A DNA stretch of 41,873 bases from a candidate division FCPU426 bacterium (GTDB taxonomy: Bacteria > Oederibacteriota > JAUXIB01). Positions 1-8,509 of this stretch are shown one piece after another (positions within the stretch are counted from its first letter, which is position 1; each line of letters starts with the position of its first letter). The notes under the pieces are model-generated. The model saw only the letters and a list, made by a program, of their open reading frames with translations, did not search any database and was not told the DNA's origin. Made by a program: the position numbers and the translations under genes. The DNA lies in NCBI GenBank assembly GCA_030621225.1, contig JAUXIB010000003.1:1-41873 (forward strand), read 5' to 3'.

Positions 1-35
1 GAGGACAGGAATCGGTTGTTGGTTGTTGGTAAAAA

Positions 36-235
36 AATCTGTGGTACGGTTGTCGGAGACCACCTTGTGACTTCTTTCCACCGGAAATTATAAGAAGAAG
101 TCGCCAATCTGTGGTACGAACACCAAAAGTGTTCTCGCGAGTTTCTACCTTGTTAAATATAACAGAAACTTGCCAATCTGTGGATTAGCCGTTAAGGAGA
201 CCTAATTCAGAAGCTCCAAAGAGAGAAATCTGTGG
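36..235 (+). repeat. Quasi-periodic AATCTGTGG-anchored units in ribD leader
   Basis: AATCTGTGG at 36, 106, 175 and 227 (spacing 70, 69, 52). The first two units each contain two hairpins and end in GCC. Confidence 0.8.
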
Positions 236-1305
236 ATGAAAAATATATGCGTCTCGCGTTAGACTTGGCCGAAAAGGGCCGCGGCAAGACCGGCCCTAAC
301 CCACTGGTCGGCGCGGTAGTGGTGCGCCGGGGACGTATCGTTGGCAGTGGTTATCACCGCGGTTCGGGTAAGCCCCATGCGGAGGCGATAGCCTTGAAGC
401 GCGCGGGGAGCGGCGCGAAAGACGCTACGCTCTATGTCAGCCTGGAGCCCTGTGTGCACGTAGGTAGGACTCCGCCCTGTGTGCCGCAAATAATTTCCGC
501 TGGGGTGCGACGGGTAGTGGTTGCTATGAGTGATCCCGATCGGCGGGTGAACGGCCGTGGTTTGCGCTCGTTGCGCCGGCTCGGCATCAAGCTGAGTCAG
601 GGGATCCTGGAACCAGAGGCGCGGCATCAAAACAGGGTGTACCTGAAGAACAAGCGGCATGGCTTGCCTTATGTCATTCTGAAATGGGCGATGAGTTTGG
701 ACGGCAAGATCGCCACACGGCGCGGCGATTCAAAATGGATCAGTTCGGGTGTTTCACGGCGTTTGGTTAAAAAAATGCGCGGTGAGGCGGACGGGGTGTT
801 GGTCGGCAGCAGGACGGCGCAGCTGGATGATCCTGGCTTGCGTGGAGGAAGCGGCGATGGCGCGGCCGTGGTACTCGACCCGGAGTTGACGGTGCGGGGA
901 AAAATGAAGTTTGCTCGGGGCGGTCGTTCGCTGGTGGTGACGGCGCAGGGCGCGGGGAGCGCAACTCGCCGCAGGGAGTTGGCGCGGGCGGGTGTAGAGC
1001 TTATTGAATTGCCGCTGAGGCGTGGCCGGTTACCGTTGCGGCAGGCGTTGGCAAAATTATTCGATTCAGGGATGTATTCTTTGCTTGTGGAAGGCGGTGG
1101 TGAAACGAACGCCGCTTTTCTTGAGGCAGGTTTGGCGGACGAGCTAGCTGTTTTTGTCGCGCCTAAGCTGATCGGCGGCCGGGAAGCCATTACGCCGTTT
1201 GCGGGAGTTGGCATAGCCAAGCTTACCGGCGCGTTGCCGGTAAAGGGGTGGACGGTGGAGAAGTTGGGCCCGGATTTTTTGATTAAAGGGATTATCAAAA
1301 GTTAG
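232..1305 (+). CDS. ribD: Bifunctional diaminohydroxyphosphoribosylaminopyrimidine deaminase/reductase RibD
   Basis: PNPLVGAVVV, HAE and LEPC..GRTPPC zinc-deaminase motifs; KWAMSLDGKIA and LLVEGGG reductase motifs; GTG start. Confidence 0.97.
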   Translation: MDEKYMRLALDLAEKGRGKTGPNPLVGAVVVRRGRIVGSGYHRGSGKPHAEAIALKRAGSGAKDATLYVSLEPCVHVGRTPPCVPQIISAGVRRVVVAMSDPDRRVNGRGLRSLRRLGIKLSQGILEPEARHQNRVYLKNKRHGLPYVILKWAMSLDGKIATRRGDSKWISSGVSRRLVKKMRGEADGVLVGSRTAQLDDPGLRGGSGDGAAVVLDPELTVRGKMKFARGGRSLVVTAQGAGSATRRRELARAGVELIELPLRRGRLPLRQALAKLFDSGMYSLLVEGGGETNAAFLEAGLADELAVFVAPKLIGGREAITPFAGVGIAKLTGALPVKGWTVEKLGPDFLIKGIIKS

Positions 1306-1374
1306 TCGCGTGTCATGTGTCACGTGTCTTGCGTCGTTTGAGGCGACACGTGACAAGAGACCCGGGACGCGCGA
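1303..1374. repeat. Heptamer tandem array with inverted arms (GTGTCAC / GTGACAC type)
   Basis: gtgtcat gtgtcac gtgtctt gcgtcgt ... gcgacac gtgacaa gagaccc gggacgc. The core resembles those at 2695-2757 and 27456-27530. Confidence 0.8.
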
Positions 1375-1375
1375 T

Positions 1376-1422
1376 AGTAGTGGCGTCCCTCCGCGGGCGC
1401 CACCAGCCGAAGGCTGGTTAAC
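1376..1422 (+). repeat. 47-nt double-hairpin element, copy 1 (upstream of ribE)
   Basis: AGTAGTGGCGTCCCTCCGCGGGCGCCACCAGCCGAAGGCTGGTTAAC; 45/47 identical to 4093-4139. Confidence 0.9.
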
Positions 1423-1434
1423 GGCGACGAAAAA

Positions 1435-2076
1435 ATGTTTACAGGCATAATAAAATACCAGGGAAAATTGGAGCGCATTGAGCGCCGCGGTCCGGGTGGT
1501 CGCTTAGCGCTGAGTTGCCCTGAGCTTGACGGCAAGCTGGCGCATGGCGGTAGCCTGGCGGTGGATGGTGTGTGCCTGACAATGGTGGAAGCAGCCGGGG
1601 GTAGGTTTGTCTTTGATCTGTCAGGGGAGACTCTGGAATGTGCTACGTTCAAAGATCTGCCGGTGGGCCGGCTGCTTAACTTGGAATTGCCGCTGGCTGC
1701 CGGGGACCCTATCGGCGGGCACCTGGTTAGCGGTCATGTTGACGGGATTGCCGGGATCAAAGGGATCAAGACCGCACAGGATGGAACGGTGTTGTCCCTG
1801 GACTATATTAAGCCGCTGAAAGCGTATATATATGAGAAGTGTTCGGTGGCTGTTAACGGAGTTAGCTTGACGGTAGCATCTGTGAGCGGAGATATGTTTG
1901 AGATCGCTCTGATACCTGAGACGCTACGGGCTACTACTTTATATCTTTTGCGTGTTGGAGATATGGTTAACTTGGAAGCGGACACGCTGGTCAAGGCGAA
2001 ACTCCATGCTGAAAGTGAGCAGCAGGGGGATGGGTTGACGGTGGAGAAGTTAAGGCAGGCGGGATTCAGTCAGTAG
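1435..2076 (+). CDS. ribE: Riboflavin synthase (alpha subunit)
   Basis: N-terminal MFTGII, SLAVDGVCLT, GGHLVSGHVDG, SVAVNGVSLT, VNLEAD. Confidence 0.97.
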   Translation: MFTGIIKYQGKLERIERRGPGGRLALSCPELDGKLAHGGSLAVDGVCLTMVEAAGGRFVFDLSGETLECATFKDLPVGRLLNLELPLAAGDPIGGHLVSGHVDGIAGIKGIKTAQDGTVLSLDYIKPLKAYIYEKCSVAVNGVSLTVASVSGDMFEIALIPETLRATTLYLLRVGDMVNLEADTLVKAKLHAESEQQGDGLTVEKLRQAGFSQ

Positions 2077-2231
2077 CTCGTAGCTCGTAGTTCGTAGCTC
2101 GTTGTCTACTGATTACTGACTACTGACCATGACGTTTGACCTTTGACGTTGGACGGAAACAACGCTATACGTAATGCGCAATACGATACGTGGTCAGCAA
2201 ACAGGAGACGACCAACTAGATACGAGATACA
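2074..2231. repeat. Composite heptamer array (TAGCTCG / TACTGAC / TTTGACG blocks, then GATACG-type arm)
   Basis: Blocks are directly visible. 2074-2153 is an inverted counterpart of 16738-16838. Confidence 0.85.
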
Positions 2232-2248
2232 ACGTAAGGGGGGATACC

Positions 2249-2695
2249 ATGGAAATCGATGGTGTTGATCGGATCAAGCGTGGCGAGCTTGAGAAGGGGA
2301 AAAAGAAGGAAAAAACCGCTCCGACCGGCGAGGTTTTTAAGTCCGTGATGGGAGAGGCGGAAGGCCAGGAAAAACGCCGGGAGCTTGATCAGATCATGAA
2401 GGACGTGGAAGAGCAGGGCCAGAGCCTGCTCAAAAATTTCAAGCCGGAGGAAGTGAAGAAATATCGCGAGACTGTCGGTAGGTTTCTGTCTGTGGCGTTA
2501 GCTGAGAGCTACAAAGTATCGGAAAGCCATTCCATAGCGCGGGACGGCCGGTACACGGCACACTTGAACCTGGAGAAGATCGAGAGCGGTCTGGAGGAAC
2601 TGACCCAGACGGTAGTAAAGGGGCAGGTGGAACCATTGAAGTTGTTGGCTAAGATCGATGAGATCAAGGGGATGTTGTTCGATATGTATAAATAG
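2249..2695 (+). CDS. YaaR/DUF327-family protein
   Basis: Size and pattern (LDQIMKDVEEQGQSL, VKKYRETVGRFL, IDEIKGMLFDMY) resemble DUF327. ATG 2249 follows a G-rich SD; the longer ORF start at 2174 lies in repeat sequence. Confidence 0.75.
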   Translation: MEIDGVDRIKRGELEKGKKKEKTAPTGEVFKSVMGEAEGQEKRRELDQIMKDVEEQGQSLLKNFKPEEVKKYRETVGRFLSVALAESYKVSESHSIARDGRYTAHLNLEKIESGLEELTQTVVKGQVEPLKLLAKIDEIKGMLFDMYK

Positions 2696-2757
2696 GTCTC
2701 GCGTCTCGCGTCGTTTGTCCGCGGCGACGCGTGACACGTGACTTGTGACACGCGACA
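2695..2757. repeat. Heptamer hairpin array (GCGTCTC / GTGACAC)
   Basis: ggtctc gcgtctc gcgtcgt ... gcgacgc gtgacac gtgactt gtgacac gcgaca. Confidence 0.8.
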
Positions 2758-2770
2758 AAGAGGAGAATTA

Positions 2771-3973
2771 ATGAAGACCGCTAAAATAGAAGACGCGCTA
2801 AAGGATTTAAAAAAAGGCAAGATGGTTGTGATCGTGGATGATGCGGATCGCGAGAACGAAGGTGATCTGGCGATGGCCGCTGATAAGGTGACGCCGCAGG
2901 CGATCAATTTTATGGCTAAGTACGGCCGTGGACTGATCTGCGTTGCCCTGACCTCAAAACGGCTTGACGATCTGGGATTGCCGCAGATGGTGAATGACAA
3001 TACCTCTAATTACGGCACTGCCTTTACCGTCAGTGTGGACGCACGCTCCGGTACTACCACGGGCATATCAGCGGCTGATCGCGCCGGTACCATTAGCCAG
3101 TTGTTGGATCCCAAGCTCGGTGCGGATGATTTCATGCAGCCCGGGCATACTTTCCCGCTACGCGCAAGTGATGGCGGTGTTCTGGTGCGTGCTGGTCAGA
3201 CTGAGGCGGTGGTGGATATGGCGCGACTGGCGGGCCGTTATCCGGCGGGGGTCATCTGCGAGATCATGGATGAAGACGGGACGATGGCGCGTATGCCTAG
3301 ATTGCTCGCCTTTGCCAAGCGGCACCGTCTGAAAGTAGTTGCCATTGCCGATCTGATAAGTTATCGCCGTCGTACCGAGGTGCTGGTGCGCGAGACCGCG
3401 GTGGCTCGGATCGATAACGAATTTGGCGAGTGGCGACTGCATCTTTTCAAGTCTCTGACTGACAAGCGGGTGCATCTGGCTCTGGTCAAGGGAGAACTCA
3501 GTCCGGTGCGGGCGTCGCTGGTGCGGGTTCATTCAGAATGTCTTACCGGTGATGTTCTGGGGAGTATGCGCTGTGATTGTGGTGAGCAGTTAAACCGGGC
3601 GATGCGGATGATCTCTGAGGCGGGGAGCGGGGTACTATTGTATCTGCGCCAGGAAGGGCGCGGCATCGGTTTGGAGGAGAAGATAAAGGCCTACTGTTTG
3701 CAGGACAGCGGCTTGGATACCGTGGAGGCGAACCAGTTATTGGGGTATCCGGCAGACCTCAGGGAGTACGGTACGGGCGCGCAGATCTTGCGCTTGCTGG
3801 GGGTGAAGAATATTAATCTGCTGACCAATAATCCGCGCAAGATAGTGGGCCTGAAGGGGCATGGGCTCAAGGTTGTAAAGCGGGTGGCCTTGGAGGTAGG
3901 GGTGACTAAGCAGAGTCAGCGGTATCTGAAGACGAAGCGGGATAAACTGGGACATCTTCTCAAGGTAAAATGA
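2771..3973 (+). CDS. ribBA: Bifunctional DHBP synthase / GTP cyclohydrolase II
   Basis: DDADRENEGDL, GHTFPL, RAGQTEA, VICEIMDEDG, RVHSECLTGD, RCDCGEQL, QEGRGIGL, TNNPRK. AGGAG SD before ATG 2771. Confidence 0.97.
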   Translation: MKTAKIEDALKDLKKGKMVVIVDDADRENEGDLAMAADKVTPQAINFMAKYGRGLICVALTSKRLDDLGLPQMVNDNTSNYGTAFTVSVDARSGTTTGISAADRAGTISQLLDPKLGADDFMQPGHTFPLRASDGGVLVRAGQTEAVVDMARLAGRYPAGVICEIMDEDGTMARMPRLLAFAKRHRLKVVAIADLISYRRRTEVLVRETAVARIDNEFGEWRLHLFKSLTDKRVHLALVKGELSPVRASLVRVHSECLTGDVLGSMRCDCGEQLNRAMRMISEAGSGVLLYLRQEGRGIGLEEKIKAYCLQDSGLDTVEANQLLGYPADLREYGTGAQILRLLGVKNINLLTNNPRKIVGLKGHGLKVVKRVALEVGVTKQSQRYLKTKRDKLGHLLKVK

Positions 3974-4092
3974 GGCGCGTATCTTGTAGCTTCCGCCGTC
4001 GTTAACACTGCCATAAATATTACTTTTATGGTTAGGAGCGTCAACTATGGCGGACAAGCGTAGCTAGTAGTTCGTTGGCATGACCGCGAGCC

Positions 4093-4139
4093 AGTAGTGG
4101 CGTCCCTCTGTGGGCGCCACCAGCCGAAGGCTGGTTAAC
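4093..4139 (+). repeat. 47-nt double-hairpin element, copy 2 (upstream of ribH)
   Basis: Matches 1376-1422; both mismatches lie in the first hairpin loop. Confidence 0.9.
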
Positions 4140-4169
4140 CAGACGTGAACCAAAAAAAGGAGGTATGCA

Positions 4170-4640
4170 GTGATGAAGACCTACGAAGGAAAACTTAACG
4201 CCGAGGGGTTGAAGGTAGCCCTGGTAGTCAGTCGTTTCAATGATTTCATTACCGAGAAATTATTGGCAGGAGCGGTGGACACTTTGCAGAGGCATGGCGT
4301 CAAAGAGAGCGGGCTGAGTGTTTACCGGGTGCCCGGTTCATTTGAATTGCCCGTGGTAGCCGCGAAGGTGGCGCAGGCCGGCGGCGTTGACGCGGTTATC
4401 TGCCTGGGCGCGGTCATCCGCGGCGGCACGCCGCATTTTGACTATGTGGCCGGTGAGTCGGCCAAGGGTGTGGCTAAAGTAGCGATGGAAAGTAAGGTGC
4501 CGGTGATCTATGGAGTAGTTACCACGGATACTATCGAGCAGGCGGTGGAGCGCGCGGGGACGAAGATGGGTAATCGTGGCGCGGACGCGGCGATGTCCGC
4601 TATTGAAATGGCACAGCTTTATCGATCAATGGGAAAGTGA
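4170..4640 (+). CDS. ribH: 6,7-dimethyl-8-ribityllumazine synthase
   Basis: [48 protein letters not shown]; start is GTG 4170 or ATG 4173. Confidence 0.97.
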   Translation: MMKTYEGKLNAEGLKVALVVSRFNDFITEKLLAGAVDTLQRHGVKESGLSVYRVPGSFELPVVAAKVAQAGGVDAVICLGAVIRGGTPHFDYVAGESAKGVAKVAMESKVPVIYGVVTTDTIEQAVERAGTKMGNRGADAAMSAIEMAQLYRSMGK

Positions 4641-4715
4641 TGCGTCTATCGGCTATAGTCTATCGGGGTATAGGCGCGTAACGATCAACGATAGTCGATA
4701 AACGATTAACGCAAC
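4641..4715. repeat. Heptamer array with inverted arms (GTCTATC / ACGATAR)
   Basis: gtctatc ggctata gtctatc ... acgatca acgatag tcgataa acgatta. Confidence 0.7.
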
Positions 4716-4718
4716 AAA

Positions 4719-5114
4719 ATGACCAAAACAGCACGTCGTTTAGAAAGAGAAGCCGCGCTTAAGGAGCTTTACCGCTTGGAGTATGACTCCGAGAGTAAGG
4801 TTCGTCTGTGTGGGGAATACGCTTGCCGGCTTATTGACGGCGTGCGGGAGCAGCGGCAAGAGCTGGATAAGCTGATCAAGAAACGGCTTAAAAAGTCCTG
4901 GCCGTTTAAAAGGATAGCCTTGATGGATGTGCTGATCATGCGCATCGCTATTTACGAGATACTTGAGGTAGAGGAAGTTGACGCGGCCATCTCTATTAAT
5001 GAGGCCTTGGAACTGGTGCGCGAATTTTCCGAGGAAAAGTCGGTGGCTTTTGTCAACGGAGTGCTGGATGGGGTGGGTAAGGAAGCGGCGGGCGGTGGTC
5101 CGCTTCGTAGCTAG
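4719..5114 (+). CDS. nusB: Transcription antitermination factor NusB
   Basis: RRLEREAALKELY, W...RIALMDVLIMRIAIYE, ISINEALELVREF, FVNGVLD; canonical position after ribH. Confidence 0.93.
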   Translation: MTKTARRLEREAALKELYRLEYDSESKVRLCGEYACRLIDGVREQRQELDKLIKKRLKKSWPFKRIALMDVLIMRIAIYEILEVEEVDAAISINEALELVREFSEEKSVAFVNGVLDGVGKEAAGGGPLRS

Positions 5115-5153
5115 TAGCTCGGAGTTCGTAGCTCGTTGGCTGTTAGTAAAAAA

Positions 5154-7151
5154 ATGGATGAAGAAAAAGCAAAAAAAGAAATCGCTTCCCTGCGTGAGGA
5201 GATAGAGCGGCATAACAAGCGTTACTATCTTGACGCTGCTCCTGAGATCTCCGACCGCGATTATGACCGCCTAATGGATCGTTTGATCGCCCTTGAGCAG
5301 GAATACCCCGAGTTGATCACCCCTGATTCTCCTTCGCAACGCGTTGGCGGCGAGCCGCTCAAGAAATTCGCTAGCGTTGGGCACAAAGTGCCGATGATGA
5401 GTCTGGACAATACATATAACAGTGATGAACTGATTAAGTTTGACGAACGGGTAAAAAAGGGGCTTGGCGGAGAGGCTCCGGAATATATAGTGGAGTTGAA
5501 GTACGACGGGGTGGCGGTGGCGTTGAAATACGAGCAGGGTGTGTTGATACAGGGTAGCACTCGTGGCGATGGAAAAAAGGGAGATGATATCACTGCAAAC
5601 CTGCGTACCATCAAGAGTTTGCCCCTGCGGTTGACCAGGGAGGAGACGCTGGAAGTTCGCGGCGAGGTATATATTGACAAGAAGGATTTGGAGGAGATAA
5701 ATTTAGAACGGGACCAAAACGGCGAGCCGCTTTTCGCGAATCCAAGAAACGCCGCCGCTGGCTCGCTAAAGCTGTTGGATCCCGGGATTGTGGCGAAAAG
5801 ACCATTGAAGCTGTATATTTACACGTTGATATCAGATACGATCATGGTTGATAACCAGTATGATGCACTTGGTCACGTGAATAAGTTGGGCTTCCGTATA
5901 CAGTTAGAGTATCCCAAGCCACTTGATGATATCGGTCAGGTAACCACTTATTGCCGTAAAGATTTGGAAGGCGCGCGGGACACGTTCCCGTTCGAAGTAG
6001 ATGGTGCTGTTGTGAAGGTTAACTCATTTGCCCAACAGGAACGCCTTGGTGCTACCAGCAAGAGTCCCCGCTGGGCCATTTCTTATAAATTTGAGGTACA
6101 GCAGGTGCAGACGAGGCTCGAAAAGATAACACTACAAGTAGGGCGTACGGGTGCAATAACCCCTGTTGCGGAATTAGTGTCGCAGGATATTGCCGGAAGT
6201 ACAGTAAGCAGGGCCACCCTGCATAATGCGGACGAGATTGCTCGCAAGGATATTAGGGAAGGCGATGTTGTGACGATCGAGAAGGCTGGAGCGGTGATCC
6301 CCAAGGTAGTCGAGGTATTTGAGCCGTCCAAGAAACAGCGAGACGCAAACAGTAGGCCCTTTATTTTCCCCGAGAAGTGTCCCTCCTGTCATGGAGCGTT
6401 GACGCGGCCTGAAGGCGAGGTGGTGCATCGTTGTTTAAATATATCTTGTCCGGCCCAGTTCCTGAGGCGTTTGCAGCACTTTGTGGCGCGGGATGCCATG
6501 GATATCGAGGGGCTGGGACCGCAAACGCTGGAGCTTCTGGTGGAGCAGAGAATGGTTAATGATTTTTCGGATCTTTATAGTTTGGATCCGCTTAAGCTGG
6601 CCGAGTTGCCGCGCATGGGGGAAAAGTCTGCCGAGAATTTGAAGGAATCGTTGGCGCGTTCCAAGGGACATGGTATGTCGCGCTTGCTTTTCGCGCTGGG
6701 GCCCAGGCACGTGGGGCGTCAGACGGCGGAGTCGCTGGCGGAGCATTTTTCTTCTTTGGAGAAGCTGGCGCGCGCGGCGGAAGAGGAATTAGTCGAGGTG
6801 AACGATGTTGGTCCGGAAGTGGCGCAATCGTTGCTGAGTTTTTTTGCTCATGCGGATAATCAACTGATCATTGAGCGGCTTAAAGCGGCCGGTCTTTCGC
6901 TTAACGCGCCGCAACGGGTGGTCGGCAAGCTCTCGGGCAAGGTTTTCCTGTTTACCGGTGGTTTGGCCGACTATTCGCGTCCCCAGGCCGGAGAGAAGGT
7001 GAGGGCATTGGGCGGCCGGGTGGTGTCGGCGGTCAGCGCCAAGGTTGATTTCGTGGTGGCGGGGGAAGACCCGGGGAGTAAAGCCAAGAAAGCAGAGAAA
7101 CTCGGCCTAAAGATTATCAGTGAAGCCGAGTTTCTTCAGCTTATAAAGTAG
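5154..7151 (+). CDS. ligA: NAD-dependent DNA ligase
   Basis: ISDRDYD, ELKYDG adenylation motif, EVRGEV, NPRNAAAGSL, Cys4 zinc finger, HhH repeats, C-terminal BRCT. ATG 5154 preferred over TTG 5136, which lies in a repeat. Confidence 0.97.
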   Translation: MDEEKAKKEIASLREEIERHNKRYYLDAAPEISDRDYDRLMDRLIALEQEYPELITPDSPSQRVGGEPLKKFASVGHKVPMMSLDNTYNSDELIKFDERVKKGLGGEAPEYIVELKYDGVAVALKYEQGVLIQGSTRGDGKKGDDITANLRTIKSLPLRLTREETLEVRGEVYIDKKDLEEINLERDQNGEPLFANPRNAAAGSLKLLDPGIVAKRPLKLYIYTLISDTIMVDNQYDALGHVNKLGFRIQLEYPKPLDDIGQVTTYCRKDLEGARDTFPFEVDGAVVKVNSFAQQERLGATSKSPRWAISYKFEVQQVQTRLEKITLQVGRTGAITPVAELVSQDIAGSTVSRATLHNADEIARKDIREGDVVTIEKAGAVIPKVVEVFEPSKKQRDANSRPFIFPEKCPSCHGALTRPEGEVVHRCLNISCPAQFLRRLQHFVARDAMDIEGLGPQTLELLVEQRMVNDFSDLYSLDPLKLAELPRMGEKSAENLKESLARSKGHGMSRLLFALGPRHVGRQTAESLAEHFSSLEKLARAAEEELVEVNDVGPEVAQSLLSFFAHADNQLIIERLKAAGLSLNAPQRVVGKLSGKVFLFTGGLADYSRPQAGEKVRALGGRVVSAVSAKVDFVVAGEDPGSKAKKAEKLGLKIISEAEFLQLIK

Positions 7152-7214
7152 TGAAGGCGGAGAAACTCGACTTGACGATTATTGGTGAAAGTGAGTTTAA
7201 GAAGATGGTAGAAT

Positions 7215-7290
7215 GACCGGAAACAGAATACCGGATACAGGACACTGGGGTAGATGCCAACCCGTATTCTGTGTGCCGTGTACCGTGTCC
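7215..7290. repeat. Heptamer inverted-arm array (GGATACA / GTGTACC)
   Basis: ggaaaca gaatacc ggataca ggacact ... gtattct gtgtgcc gtgtacc gtgtccc. Confidence 0.7.
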
Positions 7291-7299
7291 CCATAGATT

Positions 7300-8289
7300 A
7301 TGAATATTATTCTCGAATTCGCAGGCTTGTTGGCGGTAATGACTTTTGCCGCCTGGTTACTCAGCATTGGCGCCGAGCGGCTCGCCGAGAAATACGGCGC
7401 TAATTTTACCGGTAGTATTGTGCTGGCGCTGATCACCACCCTGCCCGAATACTTGTTCGTTATTTTTGCGGCCTTAAAGGACAAATACGCGATGGCCATC
7501 GGCTCGGCGGTCGGTTCTTGCTCGTTGCTGATCACTTTTGGTTACGGTTCGATTATTTTGCTTTCCACTACCAATATCAGCCGCAAGCCGGTAAAAGAGA
7601 TAAAACTCTCAAAGGAGACGCGTTATGACGCCATCTATCTGGCGGTTACGGCGGTAATCGCCTTTATTCTGGCTTGGTGGGGGGACGGGTTCAGTATGCT
7701 GGATGGGATCATTCTCTGCGCGCTTTTTGGCGGCTATGTTTATCATATGGCGCGGGTCGCCTATCAATATCATTGCCAGCAGAAAGCCAGCGGACGGGTT
7801 AAGGTGCCGGGTTTACGGCGCGGCGTCGCTTATCTTGCTATGGGTGCGGTGATAATCTTTTTCCTGACGGAGCCGTTTGTGGATTCGATGATCAAGTTTT
7901 CGCTGCTGATCGGCGTCAGTCCGGTGACCATCGCTATTGTCATTGGACCGTTTGCCTCCGAGATGCCGGAAAAACTGACCGCCTATCTTACGGTCATCCG
8001 CGATGCGCGGCTGGCCGAGATATCTATCGCTAATTTTATCGGCTCCAAGGTCAACCACAACAGTCTGTTGCTCGGTACGCTGGCCCTGATCGCTGTTTTT
8101 CACGGCGGGATCGAAGTGAAGAACGTGCTCACCCCGTCCTTTGTCTTTATGACCGCGATTACCTTGTTGGCTACCATTAGTTTGGCGCGCCGCCGCCTCA
8201 GTCGTTGGCAGGGGGTTGTTTTTTTGTTGCTATATTTGGTGGTGGTCTACTTGGCCTTTCAGGAACCGGGACATCTGTCGGCCCATTGA
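7300..8289 (+). CDS. Ca2+:cation antiporter (CaCA / Na_Ca_ex) family membrane protein
   Basis: About 10 TM helices with two alpha-repeat-like motifs (ALITTLPEY...GSAVGS; PFASEMPEK...NFIGSKVNH). Confidence 0.8.
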   Translation: MNIILEFAGLLAVMTFAAWLLSIGAERLAEKYGANFTGSIVLALITTLPEYLFVIFAALKDKYAMAIGSAVGSCSLLITFGYGSIILLSTTNISRKPVKEIKLSKETRYDAIYLAVTAVIAFILAWWGDGFSMLDGIILCALFGGYVYHMARVAYQYHCQQKASGRVKVPGLRRGVAYLAMGAVIIFFLTEPFVDSMIKFSLLIGVSPVTIAIVIGPFASEMPEKLTAYLTVIRDARLAEISIANFIGSKVNHNSLLLGTLALIAVFHGGIEVKNVLTPSFVFMTAITLLATISLARRRLSRWQGVVFLLLYLVVVYLAFQEPGHLSAH

Positions 8290-8299
8290 CTGCGTGTAT

Positions 8300-8462
8300 C
8301 GGAGTGCGGGAGTAACGGTGTAACGGAGTAACAGGAACCCTAAGACTCAGGCCCCGAGATAGTTATTAGTCGTTGGTCGTTCGTCGTTAGTATTTGGTTG
8401 AAGTTAAGAAGTAAAAAGCAGTGAGATTGAGATACGAGCTGCGAGCTACGAGTTGCGAGTTC
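8300..8462. repeat. Mixed 7/8-mer array (GGAGTAAC, TRGTCGT, GAGCTRC)
   Basis: ggagtaac ggtgtaac ggagtaac; tagtcgt tggtcgt tcgtcgt; gagctgc gagctac gagttgc. Confidence 0.75.
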
Positions 8463-8471
8463 CGAATCAAA

Positions 8472-8500
8472 TTGACTTTCCCCCTTGTTCCCTGTAAAAT
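8472..8500 (+). promoter_or_regulatory. Sigma70-like promoter
   Basis: TTGACT-17 nt-TAAAAT, ending 9 nt before ATG 8510. Confidence 0.7.
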
Positions 8501-8509
8501 CCCCTTTCT

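Noticed and set aside
36-235. CRISPR array, integron attC array or FMN riboswitch
   Set aside because: The shared repeat is only 9-13 nt. There are no RYYYAAC/GTTRRRY box pairs or integrase. FMN riboswitch conserved segments are not recognisable, though sequence upstream of the window is unseen.
2174-2248. Longer ORF-track starts (2174, 2738, 5136, 10771, 21843, 33742, 36971)
   Set aside because: The extensions run through repeat or non-conserved sequence; downstream starts have better SD, overlap or homology support.
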